Of a DNA stretch of 64,000 nucleotides, positions 48,963-58,089 are shown one piece after another. This DNA comes from a plasmid. The stretch's first letter is position 1; every line of letters starts with the position of its first letter. The notes beneath the pieces were generated by a model. The model was given only the letters and a program-made list of their open reading frames with translations. It was not told the origin of the DNA and searched no databases. Made by a program: the position numbers and the translations under genes. Location of the stretch: the sequence record OW849071.1; one strand, given 5' to 3'.

Positions 48963-50887
48963 AGGGATACCCGTTACCGGGTACCCCCCGCACAGATCCC
49001 GGCGTGCGCTATTCACGCACCGGGCTCCTGCCTTGGGTGTCTGGCGGTGAACCGCTCCACAGGCCATGGATGCAGAACCCGAACCTTCGGCAGCCATACG
49101 GCTGCCAGTCTGTTTGCTTTCGTCCATGTCGTATCATCCTGCTGGCTCCTGCGCCTCAGCGCCCGTCGCCAGAGGTCTGTTACGTATATCCTGAACTTCC
49201 GCATCATGGGATAGTTGCCCGGGACTGAGTGGTAGTTCAGGTATCCCTGAACCACTCTCCTGAGCCATTTTCCCTGTTCGGGGATTGAGTAATGCCAGCG
49301 CTTTCGTAGTCCGTCCTTGATCGCTTTCAGTGTCGCCGTCATCCTGCCCCGGCGTGTCTTTCGTATCAGCATGAACCTGCCACTACGATCTTTCCCACTG
49401 ATATGCGTGAACCCGAGGAAGTTGAACGTTTCTGGTTTACCTTTTCCCCTGCTGGCGCGGTTTTCGGCTGCGAAGCGGCCGAACTCCGTCAGTCGGGTTT
49501 TCTTCGGATGTACCGTGAGTCCGAACTCCTTCAGTCTGCGCTGCATGGCTATACGAAAGCATTGAGCGTCGATTCGCTTGTCGAACCCGATGACTATGTC
49601 ATCTGCGTATCTGACCATGACCACATTGCCTGTGGCATGGCGGCGTCGCCACTGATGCGCCCACAGATCGAAGACATAGTGGAGGTAGATGTTTGCCAGC
49701 AGCGGCGAGATAACCGCACCCTGTGGGGTGCCTTCCTCCGATGCCCGCCATTCTCCTTCCTCCGATGCCCGCCATTCTCCTTCCTCTGAGGTCCCGGCTG
49801 TGAGCCACTTTCGTATGAGCCTGATTACCCTCTGGTCGCCGATTCTGTGTTCTATGAACCTGATTAGCCATTCATGGCTTACCTTGTCGAAGAACTGACT
49901 GATATCGGCATCCAGTACCCAGTTTACATTGGTCCGAACCAGCCCTGTGGCCAGTGCGTCCAGCGCATTGTGCTGGCTTCGCCCGGGTCTGAACCCGTAT
50001 GAAAACCCCATAAAGTCATTTTCGTAGACTGCATTCAGGATCTTAACCAGCGCATACTGGACGATTTTGTCCTCCAGTGAGGCGATGCCGAGCGGGCGCT
50101 GTTTTCCATCCGCTTTCGGGATGTAGTGCCGCCTGCCGGGCTGAGCCCTGTAACTACCCTGATGAAGCCTCCGGTGCAGATCTGCTATGTTGACCTTCAG
50201 GTTTTCGGCGTAGTCCTTCCACCTGACACCATCAACTCCGGCAGCCGCTTTCCTGCTCAGGGAGAGGAATGCGTTCTCCAGTGCCTCTGCTGTCAGGAGG
50301 TGGAACAATGCGGTAAACCGTTCTTTCTTCCGCTGCTTCGCAGCTTCCCGCACGCGTGACAGCCTCTGTGACATACTTTCCCGGCTCTGCGTCCGGCGCA
50401 TGTGTGGCTGTTCCGCGTTTCCCTTGGCCCCGCTCCTTCGCTCCACTGACTCCGCTCCTTGCGGATTGTTCGCCAGATTCGCAGCTACTATGAGCGAGTC
50501 CGACTTCTCCTCTCCGTACATCACCGGCTTCGGCTCCTCGCCTTCCCGGTGCGGGCCATCTCCGGCACTGGCAGATGGTCAGAGGGGAGATCTCCCGGTT
50601 CCCGCGTAAAGATCGTATTGACATGCCAGGGTCTCAGACCCCGCCGGGTCCATATGGCACTCGCAGTAACGCACCCTATGATGTTGCCTTCCGTAAACAG
50701 TACAACGTCGGCACCCGGGAATTTAATATACATTTCGTGGCTCAATGGCTGGCCTGTCAACACCCCTGTCAACGCTTCGCCCCATACCTCACGGTATACA
50801 ACGCATGACTCGGGGACCCTGTGGATTGCTGGTCCTTCAATGGTCGGGGACTTTCACCCCTTGATCTTTACCGGTCTCCCGGCGCAC
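48963..50887 (-). mobile_element. Group II intron (ORF in domain IV; endonuclease-less RT, class C-like)
   Basis: 5' end GTGCGCC on minus strand. Domain V-like hairpin with AGC triad (GAGCCCGGTGCGTGAATAGCGCACGCCGGGATC) ~40 nt from 3' end. Domain VI hairpin GGGTACCCG-GTAA-CGGGTATCCC with bulged A; ends ..CTAC. Confidence 0.7.
49013..50401 (-). CDS. Group II intron reverse transcriptase/maturase
   Basis: RT motifs (..GTPQGAVISPLLANIYL.., YADD in MVRYADDIVIGF), maturase X domain; no C-terminal HNH/En domain; start uncertain (longest ORF from 50524). Confidence 0.85.
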   Translation of the reverse strand: MRRTQSRESMSQRLSRVREAAKQRKKERFTALFHLLTAEALENAFLSLSRKAAAGVDGVRWKDYAENLKVNIADLHRRLHQGSYRAQPGRRHYIPKADGKQRPLGIASLEDKIVQYALVKILNAVYENDFMGFSYGFRPGRSQHNALDALATGLVRTNVNWVLDADISQFFDKVSHEWLIRFIEHRIGDQRVIRLIRKWLTAGTSEEGEWRASEEGEWRASEEGTPQGAVISPLLANIYLHYVFDLWAHQWRRRHATGNVVMVRYADDIVIGFDKRIDAQCFRIAMQRRLKEFGLTVHPKKTRLTEFGRFAAENRASRGKGKPETFNFLGFTHISGKDRSGRFMLIRKTRRGRMTATLKAIKDGLRKRWHYSIPEQGKWLRRVVQGYLNYHSVPGNYPMMRKFRIYVTDLWRRALRRRSQQDDTTWTKANRLAAVWLPKVRVLHPWPVERFTARHPRQEPGA

Positions 50888-50888
50888 A

Positions 50889-50904
50889 CTGTATATATAT
50901 ACAG
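50889..50904. promoter_or_regulatory. LexA (SOS) box CTGTATATATATACAG upstream of umuD-like gene
   Basis: Perfect CTGT-N8-ACAG palindrome 22 bp upstream of the umuD-like ATG. Confidence 0.7.
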
Positions 50905-50925
50905 CCTTAAGCGAGGGAAAAAACG

Positions 50926-51351
50926 ATGAAGTTCATTCCTGCAGTATCAGAAGCCAGCATAGTAAAAATTCCTTTGTTCACAGAGCGATGCCCTGCGGGT
51001 TTTCCGTCACCGGCAGCAGACTACACTGAGTCTGAACTGGATCTGAATGAGTACTGCATTCACCGGCGCCACTCCACCTATTTTGTCAGGGCGATTGGCA
51101 ACTCAATGACTGATATTGGCCTCTATTCCGGCGATCTGTTGGTCGTGGATAAAGCAGAACAGCCGCGGCACGGGGATATTGTTATCGCGGAAATTGAGGG
51201 TGAATTTACGGTAAAACGCCTGCTTCTGACGCCGCGGCCAGCCCTGCAGGCGATGAACCCGGACTTCCCTTCCCTGTACCCGGATCCGGAAACGCTGCAA
51301 ATTTTCGGCGTGGTGACAGCCTTCATTCATAAAACCCGGAGGGCAGACTGA
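50926..51351 (+). CDS. umuD: UmuD/MucA-family S24 peptidase (pol V accessory subunit)
   Basis: ..[12 protein letters not shown].. (Ala-Gly cleavage site), GNSM Ser active site, TVKRL Lys; RBS GAGGG. Confidence 0.88.
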   Translation: MKFIPAVSEASIVKIPLFTERCPAGFPSPAADYTESELDLNEYCIHRRHSTYFVRAIGNSMTDIGLYSGDLLVVDKAEQPRHGDIVIAEIEGEFTVKRLLLTPRPALQAMNPDFPSLYPDPETLQIFGVVTAFIHKTRRAD

Positions 51352-52622
51352 TGTTCGCCCTGGCTGACGTCAACTCCTTCTACGCCAGTTGCGAGAAGGT
51401 TTTCAGGCCGGATTTGCGCGGCAAACCTGTCGTCGTTCTCAGTAACAACGATGGCTGCGTTATTGCCCGGAGTGCTGAAGCCAAACTGCTGGGTATAAAG
51501 ATGGGAACCCCCTGGTTCCAGCTCAAAGAGGCGCAGTTTCCTGAAAAATTGTACGTTTTTTCCAGCAACTACGAGCTCTACGCGAGCCTGAGTAACCGTG
51601 TGGTCGCCCTGCTGGAAGAGCTGTCGCCCCGCGTCGAACAATACTCAATTGACGAATGTTTCCTGGATGCCCGGGGAATTGGCCACTGTATGGATCTGGA
51701 GGATTTTGGCAGGCAGCTGCGTGGGCATGTTCTCAGTGGAACCGGACTGACGATCGGTGTCGGCTTCGGCGCCACAAAAACACTGGCCAAATCGGCGCAG
51801 TGGGCGTCAAAGGAATGGCCACAATTCAGGGGGGTGCTGGCGCTGTCGCCCGATAATCCACGCAGAACGGCAAAATTACTCAGCCTGCAGCCGGTGGAAG
51901 AAATCTGGGGCGTGGGGAACCGGATAGCGAAAAAGCTGCACGTTATGGGGATCACCACCGCCCTACAGCTGTCGCTGACGAACCCTACATTTATCCGGAA
52001 AAACTTCAACGTAGTGCTGGAGCGCACGGTACGTGAGCTGAACGGCGAGAGTTGCATTTCACTGGAGGAAGCGCCGCCGCCGAAACAGCAGATTGTCTGC
52101 AGTCGCAGCTTCGGGCAGCGGATCACCACCTACGAAGAAATGCGCCAGGCCGTCTGCCAGTATGCCGAGCGCGCGGCGGAAAAGTTGCGCGGTGAGCGAC
52201 AGTACTGCCGGCATATCAGCACCTTCATCAAGACATCCCCTTTTGCGGTTAATGAGCCGTATTACGGTAACGTGGCCACGGAAAAACTGCACACCCCTAC
52301 CCGTGACACCCGGGACATTATCGCGGCTGCGGTCAGGTCTCTGGACAGGATCTGGCTCGATGGCCACCGCTACGCAAAAGCGGGGATAATGCTCAATGAT
52401 TTCAGTCCGAACGGCGTCGCGCAGCTGAATCTGTTCGATGACGTGCAGCCACGGCCGCACAGCGATGCGCTGATGAAGGTACTCGACGGCATTAATCATT
52501 CCGGACTCGGGAAAGTCTGGTTTGCCGGACGGGGTATTGCGCCGGACTGGCAGATGAAACGGGAGATGCTGTCACCGGCATATACCACCCGCTGGAAGGA
52601 GCTGCCGGTTGCCCGTTTCTGA
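51351..52622 (+). CDS. umuC: UmuC/MucB-family Y-family DNA polymerase (pol V catalytic subunit)
   Basis: [29 protein letters not shown]... hallmark Y-family N-terminus; start overlaps umuD stop (ATGA). Confidence 0.93.
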   Translation: MFALADVNSFYASCEKVFRPDLRGKPVVVLSNNDGCVIARSAEAKLLGIKMGTPWFQLKEAQFPEKLYVFSSNYELYASLSNRVVALLEELSPRVEQYSIDECFLDARGIGHCMDLEDFGRQLRGHVLSGTGLTIGVGFGATKTLAKSAQWASKEWPQFRGVLALSPDNPRRTAKLLSLQPVEEIWGVGNRIAKKLHVMGITTALQLSLTNPTFIRKNFNVVLERTVRELNGESCISLEEAPPPKQQIVCSRSFGQRITTYEEMRQAVCQYAERAAEKLRGERQYCRHISTFIKTSPFAVNEPYYGNVATEKLHTPTRDTRDIIAAAVRSLDRIWLDGHRYAKAGIMLNDFSPNGVAQLNLFDDVQPRPHSDALMKVLDGINHSGLGKVWFAGRGIAPDWQMKREMLSPAYTTRWKELPVARF

Positions 52623-52700
52623 CCGTCGAAATGACAGACGGGACTTGCCGCAAGAGCTTACTTTACCGATCATACAGATGACTTGTCTCAGGGGGGGACC

Positions 52701-52952
52701 ATGACAAATATCATTCTGTGTGATGTGACTGCCAGCATCAGCGAACTTAAAAACGATCCGGTGGCCACCGCCAGTGCCGGCGGCGGCTACCCGGTCGCGA
52801 TTATTGACCGCAACCGCCCTGTTTTTTATTGTGTGCCCGCGGCTCTGTATGAACAAATGCTCGATGAGCTGGACGAAAAAGACCTAGTGCAAATGATAAC
52901 AGAACGTCAAAACCAGCCGCTGCGTGAAGTGGATCTCAATCAGTATCTGTGA
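52701..52952 (+). CDS. YafN-like (Phd/YefM family) antitoxin, apparently without cognate toxin
   Basis: ISELKNDPVATAS...PVAIIDRNRPVFYCVPAALYEQMLDELDE resembles YafN; only an 11-codon ORF follows before sequence composition changes. Confidence 0.55.
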   Translation: MTNIILCDVTASISELKNDPVATASAGGGYPVAIIDRNRPVFYCVPAALYEQMLDELDEKDLVQMITERQNQPLREVDLNQYL

Positions 52953-53196
52953 TGTGCTCCGGTGCGAGGAGCAAGGAATGTATTAAGCCTATGTTACCCA
53001 CTCGATGATCAATGCTGTCTTAAAACACTATAAAATCAATAAAATAGAATTATATCTGCATGTCGATACCATACAAAATACCATGGTAAGAAAACTTGGA
53101 GACTGTACTGATCGTGTCGCCCGACGCAAAACGCTTTTAGACTGACAACTTGCACACCACAAAGGATATTCATCCAAAAGCAGTTATTCAAAGAAG

Positions 53197-55149
53197 TCAA
53201 CGCCCTGGGTTGGATCTTCCGCTTGCCTCCACCAGACTTACATCATCACGAAGCAATGTCACCATCGCTTCATGATGTGCTGTTATCTGCTGATCGTCCC
53301 AGTTTGTATTTCGGGTGATTTCCGCCATTCTCTTGAGCTTGGGACTTTGAAGTTCAATTGTATCCTTGAAGTTTTCGGCCTTTGCTCTGGGGAGGCTATT
53401 GCTGAATTTTGAGTTCGCGCTGACGCTTACGAGCGCGAGGTTGCCAAGCAGGTTAAGGCTAGAACCTGAAACAACCGCGCCCGACTGTTCTTTGTCAGGA
53501 TGCTGTGGATAGAAGTGCTCAATGGAAGTTCTGAACTGAAATTTGAAATCTCGTTTTGAGGAGTCACTCAACAGAAGATAGTCGAGATACGAAAAGACGA
53601 TACGGCTGATACCAAACCCTTGTGGTTGCTGATCTTTCTCAAAGGAGAATGTCTCTTTAACCTTGCTGCGGGCATATCCCTTCAACAAATCGGCAAGATC
53701 CGCATGTTTCACGTCTCGAGGGGCTTTAACGGAGAGCCAGCGAAGAACTTTGGTAATCCAGTGCATCGTTCGCGGAGAAGTGTAGGTAATCCGAAGCATG
53801 GACTGAAGCAGCAATACATCTCGGGTATGTGGGTCAGCACTCCCGTCCTCCTCTAAGCTTCCATTGCTGGCCGAGAAAACATGGATGTACGTCGGGGTTG
53901 GCTTCTTGTCCCCGCCTCCTTTTTTCAGTCGCTGGAGAGACCAATCGCCATCGTCACCGATGTTTGCCGTGAATTGACGCTTCAAGATGAAGCCATCGAA
54001 GAGGTTGCGGCACTTGAGAAGCATAAATGCAAAACTACGCACCCAATCGGCTTTAGCATCGGGTACATTATTTACGGCGTCGTCAAATGACTTGATGAGG
54101 CGCTTGTCGTCAAGCAGGCCTTCGTCTTCGACCTCATCGCCTTTCATAATTCTTAGAACGTGTAGCAGAAAGGCCGGAAACTCAATAGTCGAACGAAACC
54201 GCTCGTTGCCCTCGTCTTCAGTGGAATTTGACTCGAGCTCTTTAGCGTATTTTGACAACGCCTCATCCAAGGACAACGATACCCCTTCGGAGGATTGCCT
54301 TGATGAATTGATGCCGGATTGCGGACGACTTTCCATTAGCGAAGAGAAGCTGGTCACCTCCAGCCAGGACCATTCATCACCAAATACTTTGTTTCGCAAA
54401 CTTGTGTCACCACGGGTCAGAGACATCTGGACATAAGAATCCATGTCAGCACAGGAATCCCAAACCCACGCAAAGCATTCGCGTTCATATTGATTGGGCA
54501 GTTTGCTCATCAGGCGAGCCTTAACAATATCAACCTGCTTGAGTTGCTGCCCACGAGTGTTCATGATCTCGAAGTAGCGATTGAGGTCGGTATTGGGTGG
54601 CAGCGAGGCACGGACGACAGTCACCTTCGTTAGCAAGAAATCGGAGAATTTTTCGCGTGAGCGATTAAGGTTTTCATTTTGTTTGAAGAACTGATTGATG
54701 ATGCTGTAGCCTTCATGAATGCCAGCATCTGCATTACTCGTGGAGCCCTGCGGTCGAACGTGCTCCTTAGCCGCCTCCTGTGCTACTCGCAGCAGGGCCT
54801 CAGTTGCCCGTGCGCGCGACTCATATTGCAAGTGGCCTGCATGGCCAACCGACGGCTTCTCACCCTCACCGTCTTGCTCCAGGAAGGTAAGAAGCAGATA
54901 GAGGGTTGTAAGTCGTTGTTGTCCATCTATGACCTCGAACTCATCCTCTCTACCCCGCTTGATTACAACAAGGTTCCCAAGAAAATAGTTGTCCTGGCCC
55001 CCTACCACCGAGTCTTGAATATCGCTAATAAGTTGCTCAATCTGTTCGGCCCGCCAAGCATAGTTCCGTTGATAAATAGGAATCAGATAATTGTCAGTGA
55101 ATAACTTGCCTACTGTTAACAGTTCAGGTTTCAACTCCTTCTTGCTCAT
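53197..55149 (-). CDS. GmrSD-family protein: N-terminal DUF262 + C-terminal DUF1524 (His-Me finger nuclease), putative type IV restriction/defence effector
   Basis: DUF262 motifs (LIPIYQRNYAWRAEQIEQLISDI; IDGQQRLTTL; FEIMNTRGQQL) and C-terminal DUF1524-like HNH (SIEHFYPQHPDK...LGNLALVSVSANSKFSNS); start overlaps upstream gene stop (ATGA). Confidence 0.85.
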   Translation of the reverse strand: MSKKELKPELLTVGKLFTDNYLIPIYQRNYAWRAEQIEQLISDIQDSVVGGQDNYFLGNLVVIKRGREDEFEVIDGQQRLTTLYLLLTFLEQDGEGEKPSVGHAGHLQYESRARATEALLRVAQEAAKEHVRPQGSTSNADAGIHEGYSIINQFFKQNENLNRSREKFSDFLLTKVTVVRASLPPNTDLNRYFEIMNTRGQQLKQVDIVKARLMSKLPNQYERECFAWVWDSCADMDSYVQMSLTRGDTSLRNKVFGDEWSWLEVTSFSSLMESRPQSGINSSRQSSEGVSLSLDEALSKYAKELESNSTEDEGNERFRSTIEFPAFLLHVLRIMKGDEVEDEGLLDDKRLIKSFDDAVNNVPDAKADWVRSFAFMLLKCRNLFDGFILKRQFTANIGDDGDWSLQRLKKGGGDKKPTPTYIHVFSASNGSLEEDGSADPHTRDVLLLQSMLRITYTSPRTMHWITKVLRWLSVKAPRDVKHADLADLLKGYARSKVKETFSFEKDQQPQGFGISRIVFSYLDYLLLSDSSKRDFKFQFRTSIEHFYPQHPDKEQSGAVVSGSSLNLLGNLALVSVSANSKFSNSLPRAKAENFKDTIELQSPKLKRMAEITRNTNWDDQQITAHHEAMVTLLRDDVSLVEASGRSNPGR

Positions 55150-56426
55150 TGCAGCCCCTTGATAAAAGCAACGAGTTCCTTTTCGTGGTTATCGCTGTAT
55201 GGCTTACTTGTTATTGGAAGTTTGCGGACAACACTTCCAGTCATCGCATTACGTAGCAAAACAAAAGGCGATTTATTTGCATCGTTTTTACCTCGCGCTC
55301 GGTTGTCAGCAGATACAAATTGCACACGAAGTAACTCGACCCGCAAGGCATATGCCCATGCGAATAACCTATTTCGCACTTCATCTACATCTTCATCGCC
55401 AAACTTGTTTGTATAGCAAAGCAGCGCGGCAATGAACAATTCGTACACGTAGCGGTAGCGACTTTGAGATGGGCCAAAGTTTTTGAAACCTCTGTCAATA
55501 ACCTCTTGTTCCAGTATCTTCAATTCGTCAAGCATGAATGTCACCATCTCGAAAAATGAGCGTCCTGCGATTATCGGGGCATCAAGCTGAAAGCGGCTGC
55601 GCCCGGCGTTTCGTGCATCATGTGTAGAGGATACCGACCATGCACTTAGAAGTGGCATAGCGGCTTGTGCTGCAAGGTGATATCGCAGATTTGGCGAAAA
55701 TGACCTGTGGGATCGTGATGAAATGCCCTTGAACATGCCGATGTCCCGAATAGTAAATTCGAGCGAGCTTTCGCCTCGTGACCACTTGGATATCCGGTAT
55801 AAAAAAGTAGAAAAAAGCCTGTCCAGATCCTCATCGTTTACGGCTTCCCAAGCCTCAACGACAGCCACTTTCATAGCAGCGGACTCATCGTGCATTTCGC
55901 GCAGGTGGTGTGCTTTGAGCAAGTCGTGAGGGGCAAGCGGTTTGCCGCGATAGTTCTGGGAATCAAAGACACGAAATGCCTCATCAATATCGTCCGTCAC
56001 AATACGCACCAACTGACATTTGTGACAGATAAAATCCAAAAACTCTTTTTTATCTTCCAACTGCGACAGGCGCCTTTGAAGCTCTATCCAAACTAGGGAG
56101 ACAGGAGTGTCGCTGTTACCAGACATCGAAATTTGATGATTTATCGGATCTAAGGCCGCAAGAATCATTCGCAAAGTCAGCAGGCGCTGCTGCCCGTCGA
56201 CTACATTGAGATACTCACCATCATCGTGAAGAATGATTGCACCCAAAACATAGGGAATATCTTTTCGTTCGGTATCTCGAAGAGCTTCGCTGATATCATC
56301 CACCAGTTGTAGAGCAGTCGATACATCCCAACTGTATGGGCGTTGATAGTTCGGTATCCGAAGGCCTTGCTTGAGTAGTTCATCCACGGTGACTGCACTA
56401 ACACCGTTCTCTCCGTTAATCGCCAT
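55146..56426 (-). CDS. DUF262-only (GmrS-like) partner protein, first gene of two-gene operon
   Basis: RIPNYQRPYSWDVSTALQLVDDI; VVDGQQRLLTL; FDSQNYRGKPLAPHDLLK; no C-terminal nuclease domain. Confidence 0.85.
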   Translation of the reverse strand: MAINGENGVSAVTVDELLKQGLRIPNYQRPYSWDVSTALQLVDDISEALRDTERKDIPYVLGAIILHDDGEYLNVVDGQQRLLTLRMILAALDPINHQISMSGNSDTPVSLVWIELQRRLSQLEDKKEFLDFICHKCQLVRIVTDDIDEAFRVFDSQNYRGKPLAPHDLLKAHHLREMHDESAAMKVAVVEAWEAVNDEDLDRLFSTFLYRISKWSRGESSLEFTIRDIGMFKGISSRSHRSFSPNLRYHLAAQAAMPLLSAWSVSSTHDARNAGRSRFQLDAPIIAGRSFFEMVTFMLDELKILEQEVIDRGFKNFGPSQSRYRYVYELFIAALLCYTNKFGDEDVDEVRNRLFAWAYALRVELLRVQFVSADNRARGKNDANKSPFVLLRNAMTGSVVRKLPITSKPYSDNHEKELVAFIKGLQ

Positions 56427-56935
56427 TCCTATGTCCCTTCATTGACGCTTTTCTATTTTCTCAGCGTATTTTCCGCAAACTTTATTCACCTATATGGATA
56501 CTTCGATTCCGAGTGGCGGCTGTCTTGTTCACAATTTCTATCACGAGGTGCTCCTCTGGCGCATATTTAACGATCTGGGGCAAGGGTCGAGAGAGCGGTT
56601 CTGATCAAAGCGAGCATCGATGGCATCAGCACAGCGCTGCAATGCACCCGGTTGTCGATACCATGGCATTTGCTGATACGGTCACATGGTATTTGCTATA
56701 TCTTCGATTCAGCGTCGGCCTTAAACCATAAAAAATGCCATTGATAATGCAGTCATATCATCAATGGCACTCACTAAATCAAATAAAACAATAGGCTAAA
56801 TAATAGCCTCACTCCCACTCTATTATCAACTGCCTATATATCATATTAATTTACTTAGATTAAATATCAAATAAAATATCAATGCCATGACTAATGCCAT
56901 ATCTAAAAAATATGAACACAGGGTACATCTCCTGC

Positions 56936-57338
56936 TTATCTCACGCAGCCTAGAAACAGCATTACGATCCGATAAGCTGGCTCATAGCAAGACAGTACCC
57001 TCGGGTCGGGGTCTACTTCGCCGTGTAGTAGGGCGTTTCGCATAGCGTAGATCGTTTCAATCAATCCCGACAATAGCTCTTCAGGGGAGCACTGAAACTC
57101 CATCGCCCCGACTTGCAGGCGATCGGCTCCACCACGCAGTAGGTCGCGCCTCGGGCGCGGGTTGCAGCCGTCATAGAGCTGCCGCAGCGTCGTTTGCTGG
57201 GCTTTAGAGAGGTTCGCAGTAAAGTCTGCATGGCCATAGATCGTGTTCGGCTCATAATGCACCTGAACGTGCTGGAATTTCACGTTTCCATTGCGAACTG
57301 AGGTGACGGTGATCTGGATGTTTCCGCCCGCGATCTTC
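56936..57338 (-). pseudogene. C-terminal fragment of an unknown gene truncated by IS1
   Basis: Open frame runs into the IS1 inverted repeat with no plausible native start; GC content differs from the adjacent DUF262 genes. Confidence 0.3.
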
Positions 57339-57393
57339 GGTGATGCTGCCAACTTACTGATTTAGTGTATGATGGCGTTTTTGAGGTGCTCCA

Positions 57394-57669
57394 GTGGCTT
57401 CTGTTTCTATCAGCTGTCCCTCCTGTTCAGCTACTGACGGGGTGGTGCGTAACGGCAAAAGCACCGCCGGACATCAGCGCTATCTCTGCTCTCACTGCCG
57501 TAAAACATGGCAACTGCAGTTCACTTACACCGCTTCTCAACCCGGTACGCACCAGAAAATCATTGATATGGCCATGAATGGTGTTGGATGCCGGGCAACC
57601 GCCCGCATTATGGGCGTTGGCCTCAACACGATTTTACGTCACTTAAAAAACTCAGGCCGCAGTCGGTAA
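57394..57669 (+). CDS. insA: IS1 InsA
   Basis: [43 protein letters not shown]... Confidence 0.88.
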
Positions 57670-57690
57670 CCTCGCGCATACAGCCGGGCA

Positions 57691-58089
57691 GTGACGTCAT
57701 CGTCTGCGCGGAAATGGACGAACAGTGGGGCTATGTCGGGGCTAAATCGCGCCAGCGCTGGCTGTTTTACGCGTATGACAGGCTCCGGAAGACGGTTTGC
57801 GCACGTATTCGGTGAACGCACTATGCCGACGCTGGGGCGTTTTATGAGCCTGCTGTCACCCTTTGACGTGGTGATATGGATGACGGATGGCTGGCCGCTG
57901 TATGAATCCCGCCTGAAGGGAAAGCTGCACGTAATCAGCAAGCGATATACGCAGCGAATTGAGCGGCATAACCTGAATCTGAGGCAGCACCTGGCACGGC
58001 TGGGACGGAAGTCGCTGTCGTTCTCAAAATCGGTGGAGCTGCATGACAAAGTCATCGGGCATTATCTGAACATAAAACACTATCAATAA
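57691..58089 (+). CDS. insB: IS1 InsB' (expressed as InsAB' by -1 frameshift)
   Basis: C-terminal transposase frame ...[47 protein letters not shown]. Confidence 0.75.
   Translation: MTSSSARKWTNSGAMSGLNRASAGCFTRMTGSGRRFAHVFGERTMPTLGRFMSLLSPFDVVIWMTDGWPLYESRLKGKLHVISKRYTQRIERHNLNLRQHLARLGRKSLSFSKSVELHDKVIGHYLNIKHYQ

Noticed and set aside
50459-50929. + strand ORFs inside intron domain I
   Set aside because: They lie antisense within the structured 5' part of the group II intron and have no coding signature.
53197-56426. DUF262 genes as part of a BREX, Dnd or Ssp system
   Set aside because: No pglZ, brxC, dndACDE, sspBCD or methyltransferase partners are adjacent. The locus is a self-contained two-gene unit.
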